A DNA stretch of 64,000 nt from Mustelus asterias (lineage: Eukaryota). This document shows positions 13,280 through 25,700 of the stretch, piece by piece. The translations under genes and the position numbers were made by a program. Positions within the stretch are counted from its first letter, which is position 1, and each line of letters begins with the position of its first letter. The stretch lies in contig NC_135803.1 in the NCBI RefSeq assembly GCF_964213995.1, positions 37,510,001 through 37,574,000 on the forward strand, written 5' to 3'. The notes beneath the pieces were generated by a model. It was not told where the DNA came from. It saw only the letters and a list, made by a program, of their open reading frames with translations, and did not search any database.

Positions 13280-15965
13280 TTTTTATTATTCATTCATGGG
13301 ATGTGGGTGTTGCTGGCAAGGCCAATATTTATTGCCTATTCTTAATTGCCCTTGAGAAGGAGGTGTTGAGCTGCCTTAATGTTGAGATTTTGACCCAGCC
13401 ACATTGAAGGAATGGTGATGCAATTCCGAGTCAAGATGGCGTGTGACTTGAAGGAGAGCTTGCAGGTGGTAGTGTTCCTTGCATTGCTGCCATTGCCCTT
13501 CTAGATATTAGAGGTCCTGGGTTTGGGAGATGCTGTTGAAGGGGCCTTAGTGAGTATATCTTGTAGATGGTACACACTGCTGCCATTGTGCATCAGGGTG
13601 GAGGGAGGGAATGTTTGTGGATGGGGTGCCAATGAAGCAGGCTGCTTTGTCCAGAATGTTGATGGAGGAATTCAGAATTACGTAATGGTAATGCCATTGA
13701 ATGTCATGGAGAGATGGTTAGATTTTCTTTTGTTGGAGATTGGCATTGCCTGGTACTTGTGTGGCATGAATACCATTTGCCACTTAAGCCCAAGTCTGAA
13801 TGTGGTCCAGATTTTGGTGCTGAACATTGTGCAATCATCCACAAACATCCCCACTTCTAACCTTATGATGGAGAGAAGGTAATTGCTGAAACAGCTGAAG
13901 GTGGTTGGGCCTAGGGCAATAACCTGAGGAACTCGTGCAAAGATGTCCCGGGACTGAGATGACTTGACGACCAACAATCACAACCAACTTCTTCTGTGTG
14001 AAGTATGACTTCAACCAGTGGAGAGATTTCCCCCTGATTCCCATGACTTCAGTTTTGCCAGGGATCCTTGATGCCACACTTGGTCATATGCTGCCTTGAT
14101 GTCAAGGACTGTCTTACTCACCTCATCTCTTGACTTCAGCTCTTTTGTCCATGTTTGGATCAAGGCAGTACTGAGGTCAGGAACTGACTTACACTGGCAG
14201 ATCCCAAACTTAGCATCAATGAGCAGGTTATTGCTGAGTAAGTGCTGCTGATTGAGAGTAGACTGGAGCTGTAATTGGCTGTGTTGGGTTTCTCCATTTT
14301 GTGGACAGGACAAACCTTGACAATTTTGCACATTGCCAGATAGATGCCAGTGTTGCAGTTGTGTTAGACTTGAGCTGCAGCTAGTTCTGGAATACAAGTC
14401 TTCAATACTTTTGTTGGAATGTTGTCAAGGCACAAGGCTTTGCAGCATCCAGTGTCTTTAGCTGTTTCTTGATATTTGGGGAGTGAGTTGAATTGGAACT
14501 ATTTGGGTAGTTCTTTCGTGAGCCAGTGCAGACACAATGGGCCAAATGGCCTCCTTCTGTGCTGTAAAATTCTATGATTCTATGAATTGGCTCAAAACTG
14601 GCATCTGTGATGATAGGGACTTCACGAGGAGACTATGTGGCTCCAAATGCTTCAGTCTTGTCTTTTGCACTGATGTGCTGGGCTCCCCCATCATTGAGGA
14701 TGGGTATATTTGTGGAGCCTCCTCCTCCAGTTAGTTATTTAATTGTCCACCACCATTCACAACTGGATGTAACAGGGTGCAGAGCTTGGTTCTGATCCAT
14801 TGGTTGTGAGATTGTTTAGCTCTTTTGCATGCTGCTTCCACTGTTTGGCATACAAATAGTCCTGTGTTGTAGCTTCACCAGGTTGACACATTTTTAGTAA
14901 TGCCGGGTGCTGTTCCTGCCATGCACCCCTGCACTCTGTATTGAAAGAAGTCTCACAACACCAGGTTAAAGTCCAACAGGTTTATTTGGCAGCACTAGCT
15001 TTCAGAGCCTCAAGCTCCTTCAAGTGAGTGGGGACTTGTGTTCACAAACAGGGCATATAAAGACACAAACTCAATTTACAAAATAATGGTTGGAATGCGA
15101 GTCTTTACAGGTAATCAAGTCTTAAAGATACAGACAATGTAATGTGAGTGGAGAGAGGGTTAAGCACAGGTTACAGAGATGTGTATTGACTCCAGCCAGG
15201 ATTTTGCAAGCCCAGGCAAGTCGTGGGGGTTACAGATAGTGTGACATGAACCCAAGATCCCGGTTGCGGCCGTCCTCCTGTGTGCGGAACTTGGCTATCA
15301 GTTTCTGCTCAGCGATTCTGTGTTGTCGTGTGTCGTGAAGGCCGTCTTGGAGAACGCTTACCTGAAGATCAGAGGCTGAATGCCTGTGACTGCTGAAGTG
15401 TTCCCCGACTGGAAGGGAACACTCCTGCCTAGTAATTGTTGAGCGCTGTTCATTCATTCGTTGTCGTTGCATCTGTGTAGAAATTTGATGTCTGTGTCAA
15501 TATGCGCGATCTTCTTGGAGATCCTCTCCACTTGGAGCCGGCAGTTTGCTCTGCATTGAACCAGAGTTGATCCCCCAGCTTAATGGTAATGGTAGAGTTG
15601 GGCATATGCAAGGCCATAAGGTTACAGATTGTGTTTGGATACAATTCTGCTGCTGCTGATTGCGCACAGCACCTTGTGGCTGCCAAGTTTCGAGTTGCTA
15701 TGTTTGTTTGAAATTTATACCATTTAGCATATAGGTTGTGCCATAAAACACTATGGAGGGTATTGCTCATACTGTCATAGACAGATGCTTCTACGACCGG
15801 TAGATTGGTGAGGACAACATCAAGTAGGCTTTTCCTTGTGTTGGTTCCCTCATCACCTGCCGAAGACCCAGGACATATAGAGGGCTGGTGACAGTGGTCT
15901 ATATTATGACTGTCAGGCTGTTGCTCGACTAGTCTGTGGGACAGCTCTCTCAATGTTGGTATAAG
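13280..15965 (-). mobile_element. Degenerate CR1/L2-group LINE (EN+RT remnants), interrupted by a PLE
   Basis: Minus-strand peptides LDIKAAYDQVWHQG, VPQ..LGP, MFVDD, LLDVVLTN. Confidence 0.8.
14945..15548 (-). mobile_element. Penelope-like element, internally deleted (GIY-YIG C-terminus plus 3' terminus)
   Basis: RQRMNE..PVGEHF..H..EQKLIAKFRT..G.NRD; flanked by CTCTG(T/C)ATTGAA at 14934 and 15549. Confidence 0.85.
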
Positions 15966-15979
15966 TGACATAGAGGTAA

Positions 15980-16203
15980 GAATGGCAGATTTCCTTCCTT
16001 TTAAGAGTATTAGTGAACCAGATAGCTTTTTTTAACAATTGACAATGGGTTTGTGGTCACTATTAGACTAGTTTTTAATTCCAGATTTTATTAATTTTAA
16101 ATTCCACCAGCTGCCTGATGGGATTTGAAACAGTGTCCCTAGAAAATGAGCCTGGGCCCCTCGTTTGCTGGTCCAGTGACATTAACACAACACCATTGCC
16201 TCC
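15980..16203 (-). mobile_element. Second tRNA-headed SINE-like element
   Basis: Minus strand begins GGAGGCAATGGTG.. with a degenerate B box (TTCAAATCC). Confidence 0.45.
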
Positions 16204-16213
16204 TGCTCCCCCA

Positions 16214-16219
<6 letters not shown>

Positions 16220-16250
<31 letters not shown>

Positions 16251-16267
16251 CCCCCCCCCCCCTCCCA
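16220..16267. repeat. (CT)n microsatellite plus poly-C
   Basis: Directly visible. Confidence 0.9.
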
Positions 16268-16399
16268 AGGACATAATGTAATTTCTAAAATTAGACTTTG
16301 TACTTCGGAACGACAGTATTCAAAGTGGAAAAGGTACTAATCAACAGATGGTAAAGAACATCTTGAATTAAAACTATTCCTGATAATGGTGCAATAATG

Positions 16400-16566
16400 A
16401 AAAAGGCAAAATACTGCAGATGCTGGAAGTCTGAAATAAAACAGAAAATGTTGGAAAAGCTTAGTAGGTCTGGCAGCACCTGTGGAGAGAAAAACAGAAT
16501 TAATATCTTTTGAGTCCAATAGACTTCTTCAGAGCTAACAAGTCATATGGACCCGAAACATTAACC
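16400..16566 (-). mobile_element. Second PLE-type terminal fragment
   Basis: Similar to 35350-35450, 42930-43030 and 1655-1750; degenerate CTGAAGA..GA(A)A core. Confidence 0.5.
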
Positions 16567-16656
16567 CAGATACTGGTGCCTCAGCTTGTTAACATGCTCT
16601 AAATGCTTGGAGTAGAGATAATGTTTTAAATTTAAATTTTCTTGAAAATGTTGTAG

Positions 16657-16806
<150 letters not shown>

Positions 16807-17112
16807 GATACATAGACAAAATGATGTCCATCTGAAAGTTTCTTGTCTTATCAATGAAATCAAGTTTGTTTGTTGCAATATCGTCAACAAATGATTATCA
16901 CACCGAATGTGTAAATATTGCCCTACATTTCCAGTTTCCCTGTTTTAAAGGAGATTATGTAGGAAAGGAACCACTGAAGGAAAAGTATTTGCCTCACTGT
17001 GTGAAATTAAAGAAAGTTTTATTAAGTTGCTATTAAGTGAAAAGCAAGTGTACTTTTTGTATTACTGAGTATACATAATGGATGTACCGGTAATTGAACT
17101 CTCCAGTGTCTA

Positions 17113-17118
17113 AATAAA
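17113..17118 (+). terminator. Candidate POLR2H polyadenylation signal (a second AATAAA lies at 17210-17215)
   Basis: AATAAA about 300 nt after the stop codon in an AT-rich 3' UTR. Confidence 0.6.
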
Positions 17119-17299
17119 AATGTGCTTCTTGATTAACAGAAAAAGCTTATTTTATGAATCAGTGTGCTCTATGCCATATACAACATACACAATTTTATTT
17201 TAAAAAAAAAATAAATTTGGTCTGAGAAAAGGGATCATTTGTTTTTATCAGTTGGGGCGAGACAATGGATGAAGCAGAAGTCTTTAGGTGTATGGGAGA

Positions 17300-17470
17300 C
17301 GAACTGTAGCATTTGGCCATATGAAGTCTGTGAAAGATAGGTTCTTGATTGGTAAGGGATCAAAGGTTACAAGGAAAAGGCGGGAGAATAGGATTGAGAA
17401 ATTTATCAACCATGATCGAATGGCGGAACAGGCCAAATGGGTCGAATGGCCTGAATTTGCTCCTATATTA
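17300..17470 (+). mobile_element. CR1 LINE 3' end fragment
   Basis: GATAGGTTCTTGATT...GGGTCGAATGGCCT tail. Confidence 0.65.
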
Positions 17471-17519
17471 TGGAAGTGCATAAGGACATCTTCGGTGTTC
17501 TAGTCTCCTCTGTTGTCAG

Positions 17520-17940
17520 GTGGCAAGGGATGGGATGTATAGGGGGCGTGGTCAAGGTGGGGCGGGGCCAGGTGGCAAGGGGCGGGCCATGGTCAGCACG
17601 TGTGGCCAGGACGGGCGGGGCTAAGTGGGAGGGGGCGGTGCCAAGGGGGCGGAACATGGTCAGTGTGGGCAAGGGTGGACGGGGCCAGGTGCGAAGGGGC
17701 GGGGCCAGGTCAGGGGGCGGGGTCATGCCGGCGGCACGCTCTCCCCCTGAAGCATCGCCGTCGCCGGCCTGAGGGGATCTAGGAGAGCGGCTCGAGCAGG
17801 CCTCTGTTGTCAGCTCAGTGACGCCTCAACTCAGCGCGTCCTGGACCTCCACCTGGCAGGGCGGAGAGCTGCCGTGTCCGGCGGCCTGTTCACGGGAAGC
17901 GGTTGCCTCCTCCGGCCGGCTGCAGGCGAGGGCCAGTGCC
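17520..17940 (+). promoter_or_regulatory. GC-box (Sp/KLF)-rich, CpG-island promoter and 5' UTR of the MFSD8-like gene
   Basis: Many GGGGCGG/GGGCGGGG motifs at 17540-17722; E-box CACGTG at 17597; high CpG content up to exon 1. Confidence 0.75.
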
Positions 17941-18016
17941 ATGGAGCAGCGCACCAAGCGCCGACTCACCAACATCACCATTGGTCTCCTCTTCCTCTTC
18001 AGCGGCATCGAGTACG
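17941..18016 (+). CDS. MFSD8-like exon 1 (MEQRTKRRLTNITIGLLFLFSGIEY)
   Basis: Strong Kozak gccATGg; donor G|GTAAG; joins exon 2 in phase as GIEYAVILPTIW. Confidence 0.9.
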
Positions 18017-18035
18017 GTAAGAAACAGATTACCCC

Positions 18036-18475
18036 CCCCGTACAATGAGGAGCAGACCCCCCCCCCCGGTACAGTGAGGAGCAGACCCCCCCTTCTCCCC
18101 CCCCCCCCCCCCCGTACAGTGAGGAGCAGTCCCCCCCCCCCGTACAGTGAGGAGCAGACCCCCCCTTCTCCCCCCCCTGTACAGTGAGGAGCAGAGCCCT
18201 CCCCCCCCCCCCTGTACAGTGAGGAGCAGAGACCTCCCCCCCCTGTACAGTGAGGAGCAGAGCCCTCCCCCCCCCTGTACAGTGAGGAGCAGACCCCCCC
18301 TTCTCCCCCCCTGTACAGTGAGGAGCAGAGCCCTCCCCCCCCCCCCCCTGTACAGTGAGGAGCAGAGACCTCCCCCCCCCCTGTACAGTGAGGAGCAGAG
18401 CCCTCCCCCCCCCCCCTGTACAGTGAGGAGCAGACCCCCCCCTGAGCAGACCCCCCCCTGAGCAGACCCCCTTCT
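18036..18475. repeat. C-rich minisatellite, 12 units of (C)n-(T)GTACAGTGAGGAGCAGA plus two short units
   Basis: Directly visible tandem units of about 28-45 bp with variable poly-C tracts. Confidence 0.95.
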
Positions 18476-19799
18476 CACTGCATCCTGGTCACACCATGGC
18501 GGGGAGTTGGGAACAATTTGTGAGCTGTCACATCTGGTGTTCACAAGCCTGTACCCGGGCTGTTTACTGGTTTTGTAGCTGCAGCCGGGTGAGGGGACCA
18601 ACTGGTGTTTCATCAGTTAGAGATTTCGGTTGCAATGTCAAGCTCTGGGTTCAACAGTCGCTCTGTGATCATCAAGGACTCATTCACATTTTGCTTTAAC
18701 CATTTAATGAGCGTTAACTAACCACCACAGCTAGCAGGCACTGTGGGTAAAAGTAAGGTTCGAGACTTCTCCGTTTGGCTGAATAATTTTGTTAACCATT
18801 ACCTGCTCAAGCTGATGTCACATCTGCTTGGTCACCTGCCAACTTATTTTTAAATGGAGGCATTTGAATAAGTTAAAAGACATAAATACACGGAAGCAAA
18901 AATACAAAATCCGATCTGTCTATAATTTGTAACCCTGTCTTATCTTTAATGCAGTCTGATGTTAAACTTTAGGGTCTTCTATTTAGCAGCCAGGTGCTGA
19001 ACTGTCACTGACATTTGGTGCGTTAATGTCATTCACAGCAAGCGCAGTTTTGCACTTACAGCAAGGAAAAATTAAAACGTGCGGGGAGAGATGGTTGCTG
19101 TTGGGAGAAAGTGTGTCACCGGGGAAAAAGCTTTTGCGATCCTCAAAGTGAGCTAGGGAACAGAATTAAATCAGACAGAATCTGAAATATGCAGACAGAT
19201 TTCGCATCTTCAATAATTGAGAGTCAGGCAGAGGCTATGGGAGGGAGATGAACACACAATCGTTCAAACGCCCTGCAGTACTTCTGAACACAATTGAGAG
19301 GGGGTGACTGTGGTCAGGAGCAGTCATTGACCTCTGCAAGCATTGAAAGGGAATCAGTCTGCTGAGTGAAATAGCATGTTGTTGTTTTGTGATGTGAACA
19401 TTATTGTTTTGGTTGACAAAATTGTGTAGAATTAGGGAAAGTGAGATGATTTAGACATGATCTCCAGATTTAAAATACATTGCTAATTGTAAACACCATA
19501 GGGGGCATCTTATTAAATGAAAATAAAGTATTTGTACCTATAAAAGTTGAGGAATGTGTTGCGGTTTGTAGATTTTTTGTATTTATAAGTGCCCCGGATC
19601 CATTTGGACTAACAGTTACAAGTGTCCCCTATGTGAGGTAAACTCTTGGTACTGATATGTAGCTTCCTATGAGGTTCTCGTGAACCTCCTCTGGACCCTC
19701 TCTGTCAGGAGTCATTGCCACCTCTGTGACTCACTGGTCATATGGAGGAGCAAAGTGACTAGAGATGAAGAAATGTTCCTTACCAGCAAACTAATAAAA

Positions 19800-20930
19800 A
19801 TGTAGAAAATTTACAGCACAGACGGCCATTGGCCCATTGCGTCTGTGCTGGTTGAAAAACAGTTTCAGAGCCGAATATCACTTTGGCTATGACATTTCAG
19901 TGCACATCCAAGTATTTTTAAATGAGCTAAGGGTTTTTGCCTCTACAATTTTCAGGCAATGAGTTTCAGCCCCCCACCACCTTCTTGAAAACAGTTCTCC
20001 TCAACTCCCTTTAATTCTTTCAACAATTATATAAATTTATATCTTCTGGTTAAGGACCTCACTGCTCTTCCTATCCTATCCCTCATAATTTTATACATCT
20101 CAATTAAACCTTCCTTCAGTCTGCTCTAATCCAAACAAAATAGCCCAGTTTATCAAATCTTTCTTCACAGCTAAAATCCTCCATTCCTGGCGACACCCTC
20201 GTAAATCTCCACTGTACTCCAGTGCAATCACATCCTGTAATGCAGTACTCGTACCTGTGGTCTTAGTGTTTTATGCAGTTCTGTCATAACCTCTCTGCTT
20301 TTCACTCTATTCCTAGATGAAAAAAAAGAAAGTATCCTGTATGCTTTCTCAACCACTATATTGACCCTCATGGTTCTATGGGCATGCACTCCAAGGTCCT
20401 TGTGTTCCTCTACACTTCACAGTATCCTACCATTTACTGATAATTCCCTTGCCTTTTTTGCCCTCCCAAAATGCATTACCTCACATATCTCAGGATATTG
20501 CTACCTTCCTCAATATTCACCAAGCAGCCAATTTTCCGATCATCTCCAAACTTCTTAATCATGTCCCTGACATTCAAGTCTAAATCCTTGGTGTATATCA
20601 TGAGAAATTAGGGATCCAGTACTGAGCCCTGTAAAATCCAAATGACAATGACCTTGCAGTCACAGGAACATCCATTGACATTACCCATTATTTCCTGCCA
20701 TGTAAAATTTTGGATCCAACTTGCCACTTTTAATTGGGTCCCATGAGCTTTAACTTTTCTGCCCAGTCTGTCATGGAATCGTGTCAAAAAGCATGTTCAC
20801 TATTTAAATGTGCCAACCTCAACAACACTCCTGGTTACCTCCTCAAATATTCAGTCAAGTTAATCAGACATGACCTCTCCTTAACAAATCCATTTGACTT
20901 TCTTTGATTAATGAGTGGCTTTCTAAATTA
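19800..20930 (-). mobile_element. Old degenerate CR1 LINE
   Basis: Colinear with the younger copy at 37283-38600. Confidence 0.7.
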
Positions 20931-21797
20931 AAATTTATACCTGTCCTTGAATTTCTTCCCAATATTTCGTCCACCATCCAGGTTAGACAGACTGACTTGT
21001 GATTAATTGGTCTGTCCTATCTTGCTTTATTAAGTAGCAGCAAAACTTAATCTTGAGATTAATTTCAAATGATCATTACCCATTATTATAATTATCCAGC
21101 AGTACCGTTTTAAACATATGATTGCATTTGTGATAACCATTTTACTGTTATAGGATTTAAATCAGCTATGCAACGGTGGAGAACATATTTATATTTTGGA
21201 AATGAGAGATACAGAGGATGACTTTAGGAAAGGTTTATATGTATTTATTGTTCTTTCAGGAATGGCCCATTTCAAATATGCAAGTAGGTCTACTGTTGAG
21301 TCAGAAGATTTGTAATATAACAAGAGGATTGTTTGTATCATGTCAGTAAGAATTGGGGCTGCTGATTTATATTGACTGAAGAAGCCAAATTCTATTTTTA
21401 TTAAAGGTATTTTGAGATTTTTGCTGGTACTTTGGGAATGTGTTACACAAATGTGACCATTACTACGTGGTAACTGGAAAAAGTGCCTTTTATGACAAAT
21501 GTTCTCTTTTAGCTGTGGATTTTCTTTACTCCTTTCTATTTTGAAAGCTGAGAGTACACAGCAAGATGATATGCAATGTGCACCAATCAGATTTCTTATA
21601 TTTAGCAGTACTTGGGAAGGCAAATGGGGTTTGGCTACCTGCGAGAGATAATGTTGGATTTAGATTCATTGGTCATGATTATTGAGGAGCTTGGTTGAGG
21701 ATATGGACTTTCTTGATATTGTTGCAGGACTGCAGGAGTTTGGCAGCATAGAAAGTCTTTTAATTAGGCAGTGCAACTGAAGAGAGAAGCCTGACAC

Positions 21798-22077
21798 TTT
21801 TTTATTAGTGTCACGAGTAGGCTTACATTAACACTGCGATGAAATTACTGTGGAAATCCTCGAGTTGCCACACTCCAGCACCTATTCGGGTACACTGAGG
21901 GAGAATTTAGCATGGCCAATGCACCTAACCACATCTTTCAGACTGTGGGAGGAAACCAGAGCGCCTGGAGGAAACCCACACAGACGCGGGAGAACGTGCA
22001 GACTCCGCACAGACAGTGACCCAAGCTGGGAATCGAACCCGGGTCCCTGGTACTAACCACTGTGCCATCGTGCTGCC
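21798..22077 (-). mobile_element. SINE, tail B
   Basis: Same family as 2421. Confidence 0.85.
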
Positions 22078-22110
22078 TCGTATAGAACCTGGAGTCAAGG
22101 TTGCCACATC

Positions 22111-22737
22111 CTTGGCAGAATTCCAATATCATAAATTTCAACAAAGCAGAAAATACAGATCTGTTTAAAGGATGTTTTTAAGTCATGATAAGATCTCAGA
22201 AAATAACTTGTTCCATTCTATCTTTAAAAATATGGGTGTAAATTTACACGTGTTCAATCTGTGAAATTGCAGGAAATTCAAGGTTGGCTCATTGTGCTCA
22301 TCAGTGTTTCTCAGGCATGATGGGAGGGCAGCATATGACTGTATTACTCTGGGTGGAATTCCATGTTGTAGCACTGGTTTGTGACTTTCTGTTTGATGAC
22401 TTGTTGTTCGCTGTTTCTGTGGCATGAAATTTTCAGTTTATGAGCATGCACACACGCTCATGTAATGACAAAATTTTTACCCTCTTTTATACCCATTTTG
22501 TGATCCCTGCAACTGCAGCTTGGTTCATTTTAAGTCTTTGTTCACAGGCTGAAGAGTCAATACATATGCATTTCCTGCAATTTCACAGTTTGAACATGGG
22601 TGTAAATTTACACCAGATTTTTAAAGATAGAATGGAACAAGTTATTTTCTGAGATCTTATCGTGACTTAAAAACATCCTTTAAACAGATCTGTATTTTCT
22701 GCTTTGTTGAAATTGATGATATTGGAATTTTGCCGAG
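22111..22737. repeat. Long inverted repeat (arms 22111-22277 and 22570-22737)
   Basis: Arms of about 167 bp are reverse complements with about ten differences. Confidence 0.92.
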
Positions 22738-25700
22738 ATTGTGTACTTTTAAACATGTTGCATCAATGTATATGAATATTATTCAAACTTGAATAACTTA
22801 AATAATTATTGAAGCTGAATGAAGGAATGAGTTTGACACCTTCTTTAGCCCAATATGTTAATGTTCATTTCTGTTCCTTTACACTCATTTTTACCTTCTT
22901 GCTATGAAATTGCCAGGAAGTTTAGGTGTAAATGTATTTATTTTTGGATGTAACTTCCCAATTACGTCCTCACAGAAAATTTAACCATATGATAAGAGGA
23001 AGTTAAGTTATGCTCATGTAGGATTTTATTTGCAATGTGATGTGAAGAAATGTATGAAGCAAGTTTTGGTTCTGTAATTTCATATCTTCCTAAGATATTT
23101 AGCAAGTCCATATGAGACAAGGCTGGTTAGAAGAGGACTGGTTGTTTCTTTCACCCCTGTCATTGCAAGTTTCCAATTTGAACAGATGAACTATGCTGCA
23201 GTAGAGATCTGGATCATCGGTGACCTTGCAGTAACTTGCTAAAGTGGCCATTCTTCATGTGAGCCTCAAGTGTTGAGTGTTGGTTGGTCACTTAATTACT
23301 GAAAACTGACCTATCCTCTACTCCCATCTACATGTATGTAGTTTTACCCAGATCACTGGGTAATCATCGTGAATGGAACTTACCTTATGTATCATAGTAT
23401 GAAGCATATTCTGCAACTGAACCATTGATGGAATCTCTGAAAGGTGTAGTTCTAGTCACCTTACTAAGAGAGAAACTAAGGCTGTTGATTAAGGTCAATG
23501 AAATCGCATTGACTCACATCTTCAGGTCTGTTTTGTTAGAAATCCTGATGAGCTGACCTCCATGGGATTTGCCTGGGAAGTTTCAACTTTTGATGGGCAA
23601 ACCCCTGCTCCCCGGGACCCTTGTGAATGTCTCTGACTCTGAGTTAGAGGCTGAGACCTTGTACATTTCTCATGTACTCACCTAAATGTTTACATAGGAT
23701 TAGTTAGACAGATTAAAACAATCAAACTCCTGGGTTTTTTCAGAACTGACCCCTTTATCTCTCGCATTGACCACACCCAAACCCCCCACTTTCCCAATGA
23801 CCCCGTGACTCCCTGATGCCTAACCATATTCCCATTCTTGCCTCCTGACTAGCCCCTGACCTGACCGCCTGTCCTGACACTTAACCTCACCCCAATGCCA
23901 CCCTGCTTCTGCCACCTTGTGTCCCCCTCCCCCCCAACTTACCCACCCTCTCCACCCCATTACCTAACCTATTTATTCATTCAAAAGTACTCACTTTTTC
24001 ATCCATTCACCCACTCACATTAGACGTTTAGCCTTACCTTATGACAGCTAGTGCCATAAAAACAGAATGTGTCCTGTCTCCTCCAACTCTTGCTGCAATC
24101 GAACAGGGCTGTCCAAGGAACACCCCTGTATTTCTGGAAAAGTCAGGTTTAGAAGACCTGGCAAGAAATGCAGAACAGTGTCTGGGCAGAGTGGCAATCC
24201 AACTATCATTGTTGCTCCTTGGAAGATCTGGACCATTAATTCACTAAATTTGAAGAGGAACCAACACCACCAGTGTAAGTGATGCTGAAATCCTTTGTCG
24301 AATGCCAAGTGAAGAAGCTGCTGAGAGTAAAAGCCCCTTTTAGTCAAAGTGTGACTTGAGAACTGAAATGGCATAGAAGCTGTTTCGAACCTGATCAACA
24401 TAAAATAGATCTGGGTGTTTTTCCCAACTGGAAATGTCCATCACACTTGGATATTTCAAGTGGTGTTTTATTGTCATTTTGAGCTTAAATTTCAATTCTC
24501 ACTCAGGAATCCAATGCCCAGATCATTTCTGGGTCCCAACCTGCATCTGAGTCAATCACACATGCAGTTGTAAAATATAAATGACCTATTTGGGCTGAAG
24601 GTCAGTTTAAGGCCCAATTAGTGGCAGCAAGCATCACCAGGAGGTGAGAGCTGCCTGTAGAGGATGAGGGTCAAAGGCAGATGTCGGTCATGATGGGGCC
24701 TGCTGCTGCTGCCTTGTTAAAGAGAGGAGGCCACGTATTGGAGGGCTAGTGGCTACACAACACACAAAAATGGTGAAACGGTGATCTGAATGATACTCCA
24801 AATCTGGAGTATAACCCGGGGGGGGGGGGGGGGGGGCGGGGGGTGAACTTGACAGCTATGGACTAACACGCATCAGACTGTTTGGGTTCAGTAATTTAAA
24901 AATTGAAAGTCGTCTTCCCCAGCCATTAACAGGGTCCTCAAGGAGTTTTACAGGATCTTAAATAGGAGTCGAGCAGATAACCGGCCCTTCCACCGTCCTC
25001 ATTTTGAAACTTTCATCACATCCTGAAGACACTGGGACATTGACTACCAATAAGGAATGCTATTTTCAGAGAAAGCCCATTCTCCTTCCAGACCCTTTGG
25101 GCAATTGAAAATCCTGGTGTTTATTTTTAAATTTTATTGATGTGTATGAAAGATAAATGATATTGTTAAGGCTAAAGTAGAATAAATAGCAGTAAAACTG
25201 CTATAGAAGTTTAAGTTTAAAAAAAAATATTTTGGGTACAGAATCAAACAAATGAACAATTCCACATTACAGCATTCTTGTACCTTCCTCTCTGGTTAGA
25301 AGCAAGCACAATAAACTGCTTTGAAAATAAGGACAGGCCAGTAGAATAAAAACAGAGGATGTTGGATTTGTTTTGCAAATGTCAATGTCAGTGCTTGACC
25401 TGACTCCAGAGTGGAGTGAGGTTCTTTGAAGAGGGGAATCTTGCCCTGTCTTATTCTGTTCAGGTCCTGACTCCAGATTTGTACATCCTTTAATTCTGAT
25501 TGTTTAGCTCATTAAATCATGTTGTTCACTCAAGATCTGAACGTTCACAATATTAAATAAACATTCCTCCAGTATTTAATTCTGAGCAAATACTTTTCTT
25601 ACAAAAACATTCAGTGCACTGAATGCAAATGCACCATTGGCTGTAGTTTTGTGTCACAAGATCATGATGTCCCAGCGTTGAGTAAAGTTACATGGAAAAT

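Noticed and set aside
17597-17602. CLEAR/TFEB element in the promoter of a putative lysosomal gene
   Set aside because: GCACGTGT lacks the T/A flanks of TCACGTGA; it is only a generic E-box.
18036-18475. CRISPR-like repeat/spacer array
   Set aside because: The spacers are only variable poly-C tracts, the context is eukaryotic, and there are no cas genes.
18029-18613. 194-aa Gly-rich and 104-aa Pro-rich ORFs
   Set aside because: Translation artefacts of the C-rich minisatellite.
18977-19000. MEF2 plus E-box muscle enhancer
   Set aside because: CTATTTAG is shorter than the CTA(A/T)4TAG consensus; chance-level evidence.
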